From Acidimicrobiales bacterium (lineage in GTDB: Bacteria > Actinomycetota > Acidimicrobiia > Acidimicrobiales > SZUA-35), in NCBI GenBank assembly GCA_041594435.1, contig JBFHME010000003.1:1-59145 (forward strand): a stretch of DNA of 59,145 nt. Direction: 5' to 3'. How positions within the stretch are numbered: the stretch's first letter is position 1; the number at the start of each line of letters is the position of its first letter. The notes under the pieces were generated by a model, which saw nothing but the letters and a program-made list of their open reading frames with translations, was not told the origin of the DNA and searched no databases. A program made the position numbers and the translations under genes. Below are positions 28,409-38,102 of this stretch, piece after piece.

Positions 28409-29533
28409 GTGGGAAGTGTGAAGCGTCCACCGATTCGAGTTGTCGATCTCGCCGGATCTCCGGCCGAGATCGGCCGCCAACACGGTCTCGCCCATGCGGA
28501 CGAGATCCGGGCCTACGCCGCGGAGCGGGTGGCGCTGGTCGCCGGCGGCCGCTGGACCAACGGCCCCATCCCGTCCGGCGACGTCCTCGACATTGCCGAG
28601 TCGATGCTGGGTGCCCACGAGAACTTCCACCCGGGCCTGCACGCCGAGATGATGGCGCTGGCCGACGCCGCCGGCATCACGGCGGCCGAGGCGGTGGTGG
28701 TCGGTGGCTTCACCGATTTCGTCGACACGGTGCGGGCCGTGACCGGTGGCGACCATCCCGCCACGGTGATCGAGGACGACTGCACCGCCGTGATCGTTCC
28801 CAAGGCCCGGGGTGACGAAGGCACCGACGGTCGCCGCGGCTACTACGGGCAGACCTGGGACATGCACGACACGGCAACCGACTTCGTCCTGTTGCTCCGG
28901 CTCACCCCCGCCGACGCACCGGCGGCGCTGGTCTTCACCACCACCGGCTGCCTCGGGCAGATCGGCATGAACGAGCTGGGCGTCTGCGTCGGCATCAACA
29001 ACCTGGTCTGCATCGACGGAACCCGCGGCGTGACCTGGCCCACCGTGGTGCGGGCGATGCTCGAACGGGAGTCGGCCGACGATGCGCTCAACCTGTTGCT
29101 CGCCGCCGATCTGGCCGGGGCCCACAACTACCTGATCTTCGATGCGGATGGAGTCGGCTACAACGTGGAGGCGATGCCCACGGCGCGGGTCGTCACGAAG
29201 CTCGACGGCGAACCTCTGATCCACACCAACCATGTGCTCAGCGACGAAGCCCGGGCTGTCGAGGGCACGCGCGACCACGCTCTCCTGGCCAGCTCGGCGG
29301 CCAGGCTGCAACGGGCCACCGATCTCCTGGCCGACGGGCCGATCGACGAGGAGCGGCTCTTCGCCCTCACCCGCGATCCCGAAGCCATCTGCCAGGTCCC
29401 CTTCGACCCCTACCGCATCGAATCGTCGGGGGCGGCCGTGATGCGGCCCGCCACCGGCGACTTCTGGGCCTGCTGGGGGCCGCCGTCGCACAACGACTAC
29501 CAGCTTGTTCCGATGCCGTCGGTGAACCGGTGA
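28409..29533 (+). CDS. C45-family Ntn-hydrolase / acyltransferase (acyl-CoA:6-APA acyltransferase-like)
   Basis: Pro-region followed by DDCTA (putative nucleophile Cys), then GQTWDM...GMNELGVCVGINNL...AHNYLIFD blocks typical of peptidase C45. Confidence 0.78.
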   Translation: MGSVKRPPIRVVDLAGSPAEIGRQHGLAHADEIRAYAAERVALVAGGRWTNGPIPSGDVLDIAESMLGAHENFHPGLHAEMMALADAAGITAAEAVVVGGFTDFVDTVRAVTGGDHPATVIEDDCTAVIVPKARGDEGTDGRRGYYGQTWDMHDTATDFVLLLRLTPADAPAALVFTTTGCLGQIGMNELGVCVGINNLVCIDGTRGVTWPTVVRAMLERESADDALNLLLAADLAGAHNYLIFDADGVGYNVEAMPTARVVTKLDGEPLIHTNHVLSDEARAVEGTRDHALLASSAARLQRATDLLADGPIDEERLFALTRDPEAICQVPFDPYRIESSGAAVMRPATGDFWACWGPPSHNDYQLVPMPSVNR

Positions 29534-29540
29534 ACGATCG

Positions 29541-30293
29541 ATGACCGACCACATCGACTCGCCGGTTTTGGTGACCGATCCGGACCTGCTCGCCGGCCGA
29601 ACCGTCGACGGCGAACCGGTGGTTGCCATCGGCGCCCGCAGCGGCCTCCACTACGCCACGATCGTGGCCCGCTGGGCCGACGAACTGGAAGCCCTCGAAT
29701 TGGCGTCCTACCCCACCGCCGACCCCAAGGACCTCTACAACCGGGTGGAACTGAGGGCCCTGGCCACCGATTTCGGCCTGGGCTGTTTTGCCGGATTCGA
29801 CGTCGAACCCGGTGCCGATGACGGTGGTGGGGCGAAGCTGGTGTCGATGGGTCTCGGTGTACGCACCAACTTCGATCTCGACAAGCCCCAGCACACGATT
29901 CACGACATCGTGGGCCACACACCCGACGACAGCGGCGATGTTCCCGACGGTCGCTGGTACTACGGCACCGGTATCTCGACCCGGATCGAGTACCGCCGCC
30001 GCGGCATCGGTCGCGAGATCTACGCCCTCCGGAAGAAGGTCTGCCGGGATCTCGGGCTCCTCGGCATCGTGGCCGGCGGCGTGATGCCGGGATACGCCGA
30101 ACATCTCGACACGATGTCCGCCGATGAGTACATTGATGCAGTGGGGCGCGGCGACCTGTACGACCCGACTCTGAGTTTCCAGGTAGCGAACGGATTCGAA
30201 CTCGGACCGGCGCTCGTGAACTACATCACGGATCCGGCCGTCAACAACTACGCCGCTCTGATCGTGTGGCACAATCCGGCGGCATCGACGTAG
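29541..30293 (+). CDS. GNAT-fold acyltransferase
   Basis: YRRRGIGREIYALRK is an acyl-CoA-binding loop (R/Q-x-x-G-x-G/A). Starts 7 nt after the C45 gene stop. Confidence 0.65.
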   Translation: MTDHIDSPVLVTDPDLLAGRTVDGEPVVAIGARSGLHYATIVARWADELEALELASYPTADPKDLYNRVELRALATDFGLGCFAGFDVEPGADDGGGAKLVSMGLGVRTNFDLDKPQHTIHDIVGHTPDDSGDVPDGRWYYGTGISTRIEYRRRGIGREIYALRKKVCRDLGLLGIVAGGVMPGYAEHLDTMSADEYIDAVGRGDLYDPTLSFQVANGFELGPALVNYITDPAVNNYAALIVWHNPAAST

Positions 30294-30313
30294 TTGGCCG
30301 GCGCGTCCGACCG

Positions 30314-30366
30314 GGCGAAACAACGCGGCGAACAATGGCGGCGTAACACGAGAGGCGTAACAGGAC
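30314..30366 (+). repeat. Four tandem direct repeats GGCG(A/T)AACA at 13-14 nt spacing immediately upstream of the potA SD
   Basis: GGCGAAACA at 30314, GGCGAACA at 30327, GGCGTAACA at 30340, GGCGTAACA at 30354. The SD GAGGAGAG is at 30371 and the ATG at 30385. Confidence 0.6.
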
Positions 30367-30384
30367 AGATGAGGAGAGACACCG

Positions 30385-31524
30385 ATGGCAGAGGCCGGCG
30401 TGGCCCACGTCGCGGGTGATGTCAAGGGTGGTGAGGTGACGAACGCGGTCGACGCCGTTTCGATTCGAGGTGTGACCAAACGCTTCGGGAGCGGCGATGG
30501 TGAGGTGGTTGCCGTCGACGACATCGACCTGTCGATCGCCGACGGTGAGTTCTTCGCGATGCTCGGACCGTCGGGCTGCGGCAAGACCACGACCCTGCGG
30601 ATGATCGCGGGTCTGGAGTTCCCCACCTCCGGCAGCCTGAAGATCTTCGGCGACGAGGTTGGAACCCTCCCGCCCAACAAGCGGCCGGTCAACACCGTCT
30701 TTCAGAACTACGCCCTGTTCCCCCACATGACCGTGCTCGACAACGTCAGCTTCGGGCTCCGCATGCAGGGAGTCGACAAGGCAACCGCGGCGGCCAAAGC
30801 CATCGCGCTGATCGACCTGGTGCAGCTCGGCGGGATGGAGAAACGCAAGCCGTCGCAGCTGTCGGGCGGGCAACAGCAGCGGGTGGCGCTGGCCCGAGCA
30901 CTGGTCAACCAGCCGAAGGTGTTGCTCCTCGACGAACCCCTCGGTGCCCTCGATCTCAAACTCCGCCAGGAGATGCAACTCGAATTGAAGAGCCTGCAGC
31001 GGGAACTGGGGGTCAGCTTCGTGTTCGTGACCCACGATCAGGAGGAGGCACTCACCATGAGCGACCGCATTGCGGTGATGCACAACGGTCGCCTGCTGCA
31101 GGTCGGTTCCGCCGAGGAGCTCTACGAGCGACCCGCCAACCGGTTCGTGGCCGACTTCATCGGTCAGACGAACCTGATCGAGGCCACCGTGGGCGACGGT
31201 GACATGATCGTGCTCGGCAACGGCTCCAAGGTGCTGGCCCCGTCCGACTACCCCGCCGGCACGCCGGTGGCGATGTCTTTGCGCCCGGAGGCGATCTCGA
31301 TCGGTTCCCGGGGCTCGGTTCCCACCGAGCATCGGGCCGACAGCCTCGACGGGGTCGTGGCCACCGCGGTCTACCTCGGACACGCCATCGACTATCACGT
31401 GAGCGTCGACTGGATCGACCTGGAGGTGCGAGCGCCGGCCGTCGGGTCGCACGGGCGGTTCCGCCCGGGCGACGACGTGTCCATCTGGTGGGACCGGTCG
31501 TCGAACTGGGTGGTGGCCGACTGA
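30385..31524 (+). CDS. potA: Spermidine/putrescine ABC transporter ATP-binding protein
   Basis: [24 protein letters not shown] and a TOBE-type C-terminus. Confidence 0.92.
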   Translation: MAEAGVAHVAGDVKGGEVTNAVDAVSIRGVTKRFGSGDGEVVAVDDIDLSIADGEFFAMLGPSGCGKTTTLRMIAGLEFPTSGSLKIFGDEVGTLPPNKRPVNTVFQNYALFPHMTVLDNVSFGLRMQGVDKATAAAKAIALIDLVQLGGMEKRKPSQLSGGQQQRVALARALVNQPKVLLLDEPLGALDLKLRQEMQLELKSLQRELGVSFVFVTHDQEEALTMSDRIAVMHNGRLLQVGSAEELYERPANRFVADFIGQTNLIEATVGDGDMIVLGNGSKVLAPSDYPAGTPVAMSLRPEAISIGSRGSVPTEHRADSLDGVVATAVYLGHAIDYHVSVDWIDLEVRAPAVGSHGRFRPGDDVSIWWDRSSNWVVAD

Positions 31525-32448
31525 ATGGTCGCCGTCAACGAACGAGACGACATCGGCGTCGAGCTGTTCATCGAAGGTGAGGCGGCCACGCCCGAGTTCG
31601 AGGCGGCCAACATCCGCCAGGAACGACTCCGGGGCCTGCTCATCGCCCTGCCCGCCTACTCCTACCTCATCGTCTTCTTCGCCATTCCGCTGGTGACCGT
31701 CGTCATCTACTCGTTCGCCACCCGCGATCGGTTCGGCGGCGCCGACCTCACCAGCTTCAATCTCGACTCCTATGTGGATCTGAACGATGAGCTGATCCGC
31801 ACGATCATCGTGCGCTCGGCGGGTCTGGCCATCCTCACAACGGTCATCTGCCTGGTGGTCTCCTATCCGTTCGCCTATTACATGGCGACCCGGTCGGAGA
31901 CGGTTCGCAACGTGATGCTGGTGTTCGTGATGATCCCGTTCTGGACCAACTTCCTGGTTCGCAACTACGCCTGGTACGTGATCCTCGGAACCGACGGGCC
32001 GCTGAGCCGGGTGGCCGAGTTCCTCGGCTTCGGACCGACCAGGGTGCTGTTCACCCAGGCCGCCGTGGTGCTCGGCCTCGTCTACGGGTTCCTGCCGTTC
32101 ATGATCCTGCCGCTGTACGCCTCGATCGAGCGCATCGACGGCCGACTCCTGGAGGCCAGCCGGGATCTCTACGCCAATGGGATCCAGTCGTTTCGTCACG
32201 TGCTGTGGCCGCTGTCGCTGCCGGGCGTGATCGCCGGCTCGATTCTGGTGTTCATCCCCTCCCTCGGCGCCTACGTGACCCCGCAGATTCTGGGCGGTAC
32301 GGGAACCACCATGCTCGGTTCCTACATCGTGACCCAGTTCCTGACGGCCCGGAACCTTCCGTTCGGGGCGGCGATGTCGACGGTGCTGATGGTGTTCATG
32401 CTGGCCGCCACCATCGTCTACTTCCGCAAGGGAGGTCGCACACTGTGA
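31525..32448 (+). CDS. potB: Spermidine/putrescine ABC transporter permease
   Basis: PotB-like 6-TM permease. The ATG directly abuts the potA TGA. Confidence 0.9.
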   Translation: MVAVNERDDIGVELFIEGEAATPEFEAANIRQERLRGLLIALPAYSYLIVFFAIPLVTVVIYSFATRDRFGGADLTSFNLDSYVDLNDELIRTIIVRSAGLAILTTVICLVVSYPFAYYMATRSETVRNVMLVFVMIPFWTNFLVRNYAWYVILGTDGPLSRVAEFLGFGPTRVLFTQAAVVLGLVYGFLPFMILPLYASIERIDGRLLEASRDLYANGIQSFRHVLWPLSLPGVIAGSILVFIPSLGAYVTPQILGGTGTTMLGSYIVTQFLTARNLPFGAAMSTVLMVFMLAATIVYFRKGGRTL

Positions 32449-32542
32449 TCGGCGACCAGTTGCCACCCCTCCCCATCGGTGCGTCCCAGACCCGGAAACC
32501 CGGGCGGGCGGCGCACAGAACAACCGGGGGGAGGTCGGCGCG

Positions 32543-33361
32543 GTGAGCGGCATCATCGAACCCCGGGGCTGGACCAAGGGCACCCTGGCCGCAACGTCGT
32601 GGCTGGTCTACTTCTTCTTCTACGCACCCATCCTCGTGCTGATCATCTTCTCGTTCTCCGACAGCCGCAACGCGAGCGTGTGGGGCGGTTTCACCACCTC
32701 GTGGTACGCCGACTTCGCCGCCGACAGTGAGCTGACCGGAGCGCTGTGGAACTCGGTTCGCATCGCGATCGTGGCCACCCTCGTCTCGGTCGTTCTCGGC
32801 ACCATGAGTGCGCTGGCGCTCGAACGGTTCCGCTTCCGGGGCCAACGGGTGTTCGATGCGCTGCTCTACCTGCCGGTCATCATTCCGGACGTGACCATGG
32901 CGGTGATGCTGCTGCTGTTCTTCGCCCAGGCGGCCAACTGGTTCGGCTTCTCGAAGGGTTTCGGCACGATCGCGCTCAGCCACATCGCGTTCTGCATCAG
33001 CTTCGTCTCGATCGTGGTGCGGGCCCGTCTGTCCGGTATGGACGACACGCTGGAGGAAGCCGCCATGGACCTGTACGCATCCCGCTGGCAGGCGTTCCGC
33101 CACATCACCCTGCCGCTGATCATGCCCGGCATCCTCGGTGGCGGGTTGCTGGCCATGACGTTGTCGCTCGACGACGTGGTGATCACCCAGTTCGTCACCG
33201 GTGGCGGATGGAGCACGCTTCCGGTGTATGTTTTCAGTCTGATCCGAAAGGGCGTTACCCCGCTGATCAATGCGGTGTCGGTCGTCATGCTCGTGGCGTC
33301 GATGGCTCTGGTGGCGCTGTCGCTACTGACCCAACGGCTCCGGGGCGACGACGCGACGTAG
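32543..33361 (+). CDS. potC: Spermidine/putrescine ABC transporter permease
   Basis: PotC-like permease. GTG start with GGGGGGAGG SD. Confidence 0.9.
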   Translation: MSGIIEPRGWTKGTLAATSWLVYFFFYAPILVLIIFSFSDSRNASVWGGFTTSWYADFAADSELTGALWNSVRIAIVATLVSVVLGTMSALALERFRFRGQRVFDALLYLPVIIPDVTMAVMLLLFFAQAANWFGFSKGFGTIALSHIAFCISFVSIVVRARLSGMDDTLEEAAMDLYASRWQAFRHITLPLIMPGILGGGLLAMTLSLDDVVITQFVTGGGWSTLPVYVFSLIRKGVTPLINAVSVVMLVASMALVALSLLTQRLRGDDAT

Positions 33362-33371
33362 ACAAGCTAGG

Positions 33372-33391
33372 CCGTCGGGCCGGCCCGACGG
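33372..33391 (+). promoter_or_regulatory. Intercistronic GC palindrome between potC and potD
   Basis: CCGTCGGGCC/GGCCCGACGG is a 20-nt perfect palindrome, followed by an A/C-rich leader and the AAGGGAGA SD. Confidence 0.35.
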
Positions 33392-33424
33392 AATCAAACA
33401 GAGAACCAACACAAAGGGAGACAC

Positions 33425-34531
33425 ATGACCTCATCACGCGTGCGGTGGACTGCGGTGATCGCCGCGTTCACCTTGATCCTTGCCGGCTGCGGAGGAGACT
33501 CCGGAACCGAATCGGCGGCCGGGGAATGCGAGCTCGGGCAAACCGACGGATCGCTGGCCCTCTACAACTGGGCCGAGTACATCGACCCCGAGCAGCTCGA
33601 CGCCTTCGCCGACGAGTACGGCATCGAGGCGACCATGACCGAATACGACTCGAACGAGGCCATGCTGCCCGTCGTCTCGGCCGGCAATTCGGGCTACGAC
33701 GTCGTCGTCCCGTCCGACTACATGGTCGGCATCATGATCGACGGCGGGTTCGTCCAGCCGCTCAACTTCGACCTGATCCCCAACGCGTCGAACATCTCCG
33801 ACGACTTCGCCAATCCGAGTTACGACCCCGATCAGGCCTACTCGGTCCCCTACCAGTGGGGCTACACCGGTCTGGCGGTCGACACCGCGGTGGTCGGAAC
33901 CGACTTCCCTCGCACTTGGGACCTCGTCTTCGGTGACGCCGTGCCGGCCGAAGCCGCCGGCAAGATCACCCTGCTCAACGACCCCCGCGAAACACTTGGC
34001 GCCGCACTCAAGGCCCTCGGCTACTCGCTCAACACCACCGACCAGGATGAACTCGACGAGGCCCAGGCTCTGATCGAATCGACGAAGGGCAACCTGTTGC
34101 GCTTCGACACCGACTCGTCTGACGAGCTGTTGACGTCCGGTGAATCGGTGATCGCCCACGGCTATTCCGGCGACATGTTCACCCAGTTCCTGGAGATGGA
34201 TGATCCGAGCCGGTACGTGTTCTTCGTGCCCGAGGAGGGAGGCACCCGCTGGATCGACAACATGGTCATCCCGTTCGACGCCCCCCACCCCTGCACCGCC
34301 CACACCTTCATCAACTGGATGTTGGACGGCGAACAGGGAGCAGCGCTGTCGAACTGGAACTACTACGGCACGCCGAACAGCGCCGCCATCGACATGTTGG
34401 ACGACGAGCTCAACGTCTTCCTGACCGACCCGAGCGTGCTACCGGGAGGGCTCGACAACGTCGAGGAGATCGCCGACACCGGCGACTTCGAGATCAACTA
34501 CTCCGACGCCTTCGAGAACGCCAAGGGCTGA
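33425..34531 (+). CDS. potD: Polyamine ABC transporter substrate-binding lipoprotein (PotD/PotF family)
   Basis: Lipobox LILAGCGG. LYNWAEYIDPE...SGYDVVVPSDYMV blocks are typical of PotD/PotF. Confidence 0.9.
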   Translation: MTSSRVRWTAVIAAFTLILAGCGGDSGTESAAGECELGQTDGSLALYNWAEYIDPEQLDAFADEYGIEATMTEYDSNEAMLPVVSAGNSGYDVVVPSDYMVGIMIDGGFVQPLNFDLIPNASNISDDFANPSYDPDQAYSVPYQWGYTGLAVDTAVVGTDFPRTWDLVFGDAVPAEAAGKITLLNDPRETLGAALKALGYSLNTTDQDELDEAQALIESTKGNLLRFDTDSSDELLTSGESVIAHGYSGDMFTQFLEMDDPSRYVFFVPEEGGTRWIDNMVIPFDAPHPCTAHTFINWMLDGEQGAALSNWNYYGTPNSAAIDMLDDELNVFLTDPSVLPGGLDNVEEIADTGDFEINYSDAFENAKG

Positions 34532-34552
34532 TCGGTCGCTGATCGGCCACGG

Positions 34553-35656
34553 TCAGCAGAACAACCGGTACAGGAACCGGCTGCTTCGCTCCGCAAATGC
34601 CTCCGGGCAGCGGGGGGAGGTCATCATTCGGGTCACGGTCGACAATCCACGGTCGATCTGGCGGTCTCGCCAGGTCGACCTGGTGGCCGGCTGATTGAGG
34701 ACCACCACTTCACCGGCCCCTGAAGCGTACTTCGACTTGTAACGGATCAAGCCCGGTTGATCGAGGTCGCTCACTCCATGGTCGAACCGACGACAGCCCC
34801 ATGCTCGCGCCGTCTGCAACGCCGACCACATGACGAGATCATTGGCCCGCAGCGCCCAGCCTTCCTGATTGGAGGCATTGAACTTGTAGTAGGCCCAGTC
34901 CCGGTGCCGAAGGAGGAGCACACCGGCGACCGGTTGGCCGTTGCTCCAGGCCAGGACCACTGCCAATCGTCCGTCGCCGAAATGATGTCCCAAGGCATCG
35001 AAGAAGGCCTGGGGTTGGGAGAGGAGACGATACTTGCCGCGGCGGAGACGCTGATGAAGGAGGCGGAAGGTCGCCAGCGATTCGGGGGAGTCGTCGACGC
35101 TCACGACGACACCACTTCGCCGGGCCTTACGTATGTTCTGGCGGGCGTTGGATGACAACGCCTTCCACATCGGATCGACGTCTTCGCCCCCGTCGCCATA
35201 CCCGTTTTGGCCGACGAGATCGGTCCAGTGCCAGGCCAGCGAACCGGATGCGGACAGCCCGGCCCTTTCGATGAGCACTTCCACGTCGGGCCGGCGATAG
35301 GCCGGCCGACCGACGATCAGACGCATTCCAACCGGCGTCTCCCGGTTCCAACTGCCGCTGATGGTCGAGATCAGGTTGCCGGTCTCCACCGGTCCGACGG
35401 GTCCGCCGAAGTCACTGAAGGGAAGGGAGCGCACCCTGCGTCCTCGCATGTCCTGGACATCCACCCAGGCCAGACCCCCTTCGCCGACGAGCATCGCCTT
35501 CGGCTCCAGCCCGTAGGCATCCCGCAGGCTGCCGAGCCAGGACGGACTGTGGAAGAGATGACCGTGTGTGTCGGTCAACTGCCTCCAGCGATCGTCCCGG
35601 CACGGATCGCAGGCCTCGAGTGCCGGCTCGACCTTGACTTTCAATTGCAGATTCAT
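34553..35656 (-). CDS. FemAB-related / Acetyltransf_6 (GNAT-fold) transferase, last gene of the glycan operon
   Basis: HLFHSPSWLGSLRDAYG...NARQNIRKARRSGV...LLLRHRDWAYYKFNASNQEGWALRANDLVMWSALQTA matches the FemAB-like/BioF2-like family. ATGA overlap with the upstream gene. Confidence 0.75.
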   Translation of the reverse strand: MNLQLKVKVEPALEACDPCRDDRWRQLTDTHGHLFHSPSWLGSLRDAYGLEPKAMLVGEGGLAWVDVQDMRGRRVRSLPFSDFGGPVGPVETGNLISTISGSWNRETPVGMRLIVGRPAYRRPDVEVLIERAGLSASGSLAWHWTDLVGQNGYGDGGEDVDPMWKALSSNARQNIRKARRSGVVVSVDDSPESLATFRLLHQRLRRGKYRLLSQPQAFFDALGHHFGDGRLAVVLAWSNGQPVAGVLLLRHRDWAYYKFNASNQEGWALRANDLVMWSALQTARAWGCRRFDHGVSDLDQPGLIRYKSKYASGAGEVVVLNQPATRSTWRDRQIDRGLSTVTRMMTSPRCPEAFAERSSRFLYRLFC

Positions 35657-36747
35657 GTTCGCCTCACAACGTTGACCAATCTTCCCCGCCAGCCCGAGTC
35701 GCCGAGCAGCCGTGACCCGATCCCGTACGTCAGATGGCCGACCGGTCTGAGAATCCTCTGATGGGTCGCAGGATGGACGGCCACCTCACCTCCCCAGCCG
35801 TTCTTGAACTGCGACCCGGTTCCCCGCATCGCCTCATCGATGCCGAGGTCCACCGCCTTCAGCGCCAGGTCGCGGGGAAGGCCCCCCAGGTCGAAGACCT
35901 GGTACCCGGCCGCGTTGGCGTAACTGATCATCGCCCAGTTCAGCGCCTCGTTGACATAGCACGTACGGGCGAGATCCGAACCGTCCCACCCCGTCAACTT
36001 GAACTCGGCGAGACCGCCGAAACCGAGCATCGTGCCGGCGGCCACCGTTCGTCCGTGCAGACGGGCCAGGAACAGCTGCAGATGTCCGCCGGGATGGAGC
36101 GCATCCCACTGCCGCTCGAGGTAGGGAAGGGACATGGGCAGGAAGCCCTGGCGCCGGGCCGACAGCTGGTTCAGCTCGGCCAGTCTCGGGAGATCCTCGC
36201 GTGTCCCCATGACGAGGGTGACGCCCCGACGACTGGATCGTCGTACGTTCTTCCGCCGGTATTTGGCGAGGCGGCTGAAGATCTCCTCGTCCGGGGCGCC
36301 GAGGTCGACCTCCAGCGCAGCGGAGGTCGCCACATCGACCGGGGCCCGGGAGTAGCCGAGCGCGACGAGCGCGTCGGCCGTCACATGGTCGCCCCGGGCC
36401 GGTTGTATCAGGAGAACGGCGCAGCCGGCGGTGCGGGCGGCCCGTTCGATGGCGGCGATGATCGGGGCGACCTCCTCGGTGCCGGTCGGTCCTGCTTCGA
36501 ACAGCGGTCCGTAGGGGACGTAGGCGGCTCGCGTCAACGGCCCGAGCCGCCGGATGAGCATTTGAGCGCCGGCCTTCGAGCCCGGCACGTCGCCGTCGAG
36601 CCGCACGATGCGGGACGCCACCCGGTCCCCCTTCGCCTTCGCCCACATCGAACTCTGATAGACGGTGCCGCCGGGAAGCCCCACCACGGCACGATCCCAG
36701 GCCGACGCGGTGGCGCCGGCCCTGCTCTCCGCTTCGGTCACGGTCAT
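35653..36747 (-). CDS. FemAB-family (peptidoglycan-bridge-type aminoacyl) transferase homolog
   Basis: VYQSSMWAKAKG...YVPYGPL...KYRRKNVRRSSRRGV...GGLAEFKLTGWDGS...VNEALNWAMISYA. ATG 36747 is preceded by ACGGAG. The upstream 173 codons of ORF 35653..37266 are R-rich shadow sequence overlapping the flippase gene. Confidence 0.8.
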   Translation of the reverse strand: MTVTEAESRAGATASAWDRAVVGLPGGTVYQSSMWAKAKGDRVASRIVRLDGDVPGSKAGAQMLIRRLGPLTRAAYVPYGPLFEAGPTGTEEVAPIIAAIERAARTAGCAVLLIQPARGDHVTADALVALGYSRAPVDVATSAALEVDLGAPDEEIFSRLAKYRRKNVRRSSRRGVTLVMGTREDLPRLAELNQLSARRQGFLPMSLPYLERQWDALHPGGHLQLFLARLHGRTVAAGTMLGFGGLAEFKLTGWDGSDLARTCYVNEALNWAMISYANAAGYQVFDLGGLPRDLALKAVDLGIDEAMRGTGSQFKNGWGGEVAVHPATHQRILRPVGHLTYGIGSRLLGDSGWRGRLVNVVRRT

Positions 36748-38102
36748 GGCATCTCCGTTCGTTCGAGTCGGGTTCTTTCCACGCCCGCCGGCGCAGCAAC
36801 GTCCGGTCGGCGGGTCGGCCACGAGCCGGCTGCATGGGCGAGGACGGTCCACAACAGCACGACGTAGACGGCGGAGCTGCACAACGATGCGAAGACCGCT
36901 CCCCGCCAACCCGAGTCCGGGATCCACAGCACGTTGAGGACGACATTGAGGGCGCCGACGAACACGGTCAGAACAACACGTCGATTGTGGAGCCCGGCAC
37001 CGGTGAGGGCCGTGGCGGCGAAGATCTCCAACACGGTCAGTGCCGGGAGCACGCTCAACCAGGGGATGATGTCGGCCGACTCGGCGTAGGTCTCGCCGAG
37101 CACCGCCGTGATGGTGTCGCCGAGCAGGAGCCAGGCGACGATGGTGGCCAACCCGTACGCCGCACCGTAGGCGGTGTAGCGAAAGGCCAAACGCCGGGCG
37201 TCGACGATCGACCGGGACCCCGCCCGCCACAGACGGGCGCTGACGGCGTGGAGTGCAGCCATGCACGGGGCGAGGGACACGGTCATCAACCGGCGGGCGG
37301 CTGCGTAGAGTCCGGCCTCGGCGACATAGTCGAAGCGGACGAGAAGTATGTTGTCGGTCGTGGCGAGCAGGCGTTCGGCCCCGAAACCGACGCTGTAGGG
37401 GAGACCGTCCCGCACGTCGACCCAGCGAGGAAGCGCCGGAGCGACCAGGCCTCCGACGGTCGCCAGCTGGGCCGCGGTCAGCACGACCGCCCCGAGACCG
37501 ATGGTGATGGCGATCCAGGAACCGAGACCGGTGTCGTCGGTGACCACCAGCAGCACACCGGCCGCGGCCGCCCGACCGAGGCCGTACACCGACCAGGCGA
37601 CGGCTTTGGCCATCAGCCGTTCCGTGGCCTGAGCGGCGAACAGGGTGACCTCGACCAGGCCCATGAGGAGCATCTCGCTGACCGCCACACCGATGAACAG
37701 GTGGGGCGGCATCTGGGGCAGGATGAGTGGGCGAAGCACGAGAGCGATCGACCCGATGACCAGCGAGCCGACCACCGTGAGCCCGGAGGTCATGGCAAGG
37801 GCATTGCGGGTACTCCAGCAGTCCTTGGTCACCCGCTGCAGCACCAACCAGCCACCTCCGACACTGGCCAGCGGGAACAGCGTGGCGAACAGGGCCGTGG
37901 TGGCCATCAGCCGACCGAAGTCGACCGGGCGGTACACCCTGACAAGGAGGAGAAAAGCAGCGAAGGAACTGACCAGCCTGACGGCCTCCGCCGCCATGCT
38001 CCAGCTGAGGTTCTCCATCAGACCGGTCTCATCGACCGATTCGACGGCCTGCTCGGCGGTGGGCCCCTCGTTTCCCGTACGCGCTTCGACTCCCGAGGTC
38101 AC
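36744..38102 (-). CDS. Oligosaccharide flippase (Wzx / MOP superfamily polysaccharide biosynthesis protein)
   Basis: Multi-TM protein of Wzx type. GTG 38102 overlaps the upstream TGA (GTGA). ATG 38018 is the alternative start. Confidence 0.8.
   Translation of the reverse strand: MTSGVEARTGNEGPTAEQAVESVDETGLMENLSWSMAAEAVRLVSSFAAFLLLVRVYRPVDFGRLMATTALFATLFPLASVGGGWLVLQRVTKDCWSTRNALAMTSGLTVVGSLVIGSIALVLRPLILPQMPPHLFIGVAVSEMLLMGLVEVTLFAAQATERLMAKAVAWSVYGLGRAAAAGVLLVVTDDTGLGSWIAITIGLGAVVLTAAQLATVGGLVAPALPRWVDVRDGLPYSVGFGAERLLATTDNILLVRFDYVAEAGLYAAARRLMTVSLAPCMAALHAVSARLWRAGSRSIVDARRLAFRYTAYGAAYGLATIVAWLLLGDTITAVLGETYAESADIIPWLSVLPALTVLEIFAATALTGAGLHNRRVVLTVFVGALNVVLNVLWIPDSGWRGAVFASLCSSAVYVVLLWTVLAHAAGSWPTRRPDVAAPAGVERTRLERTEMP

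Noticed and set aside
34532-34552. Terminator between the convergent potD and the last glycan-operon gene.
   Set aside because: The gap is only 21 nt. GCTGA...TCAGC gives at most a 5-bp stem, which is too weak to call.
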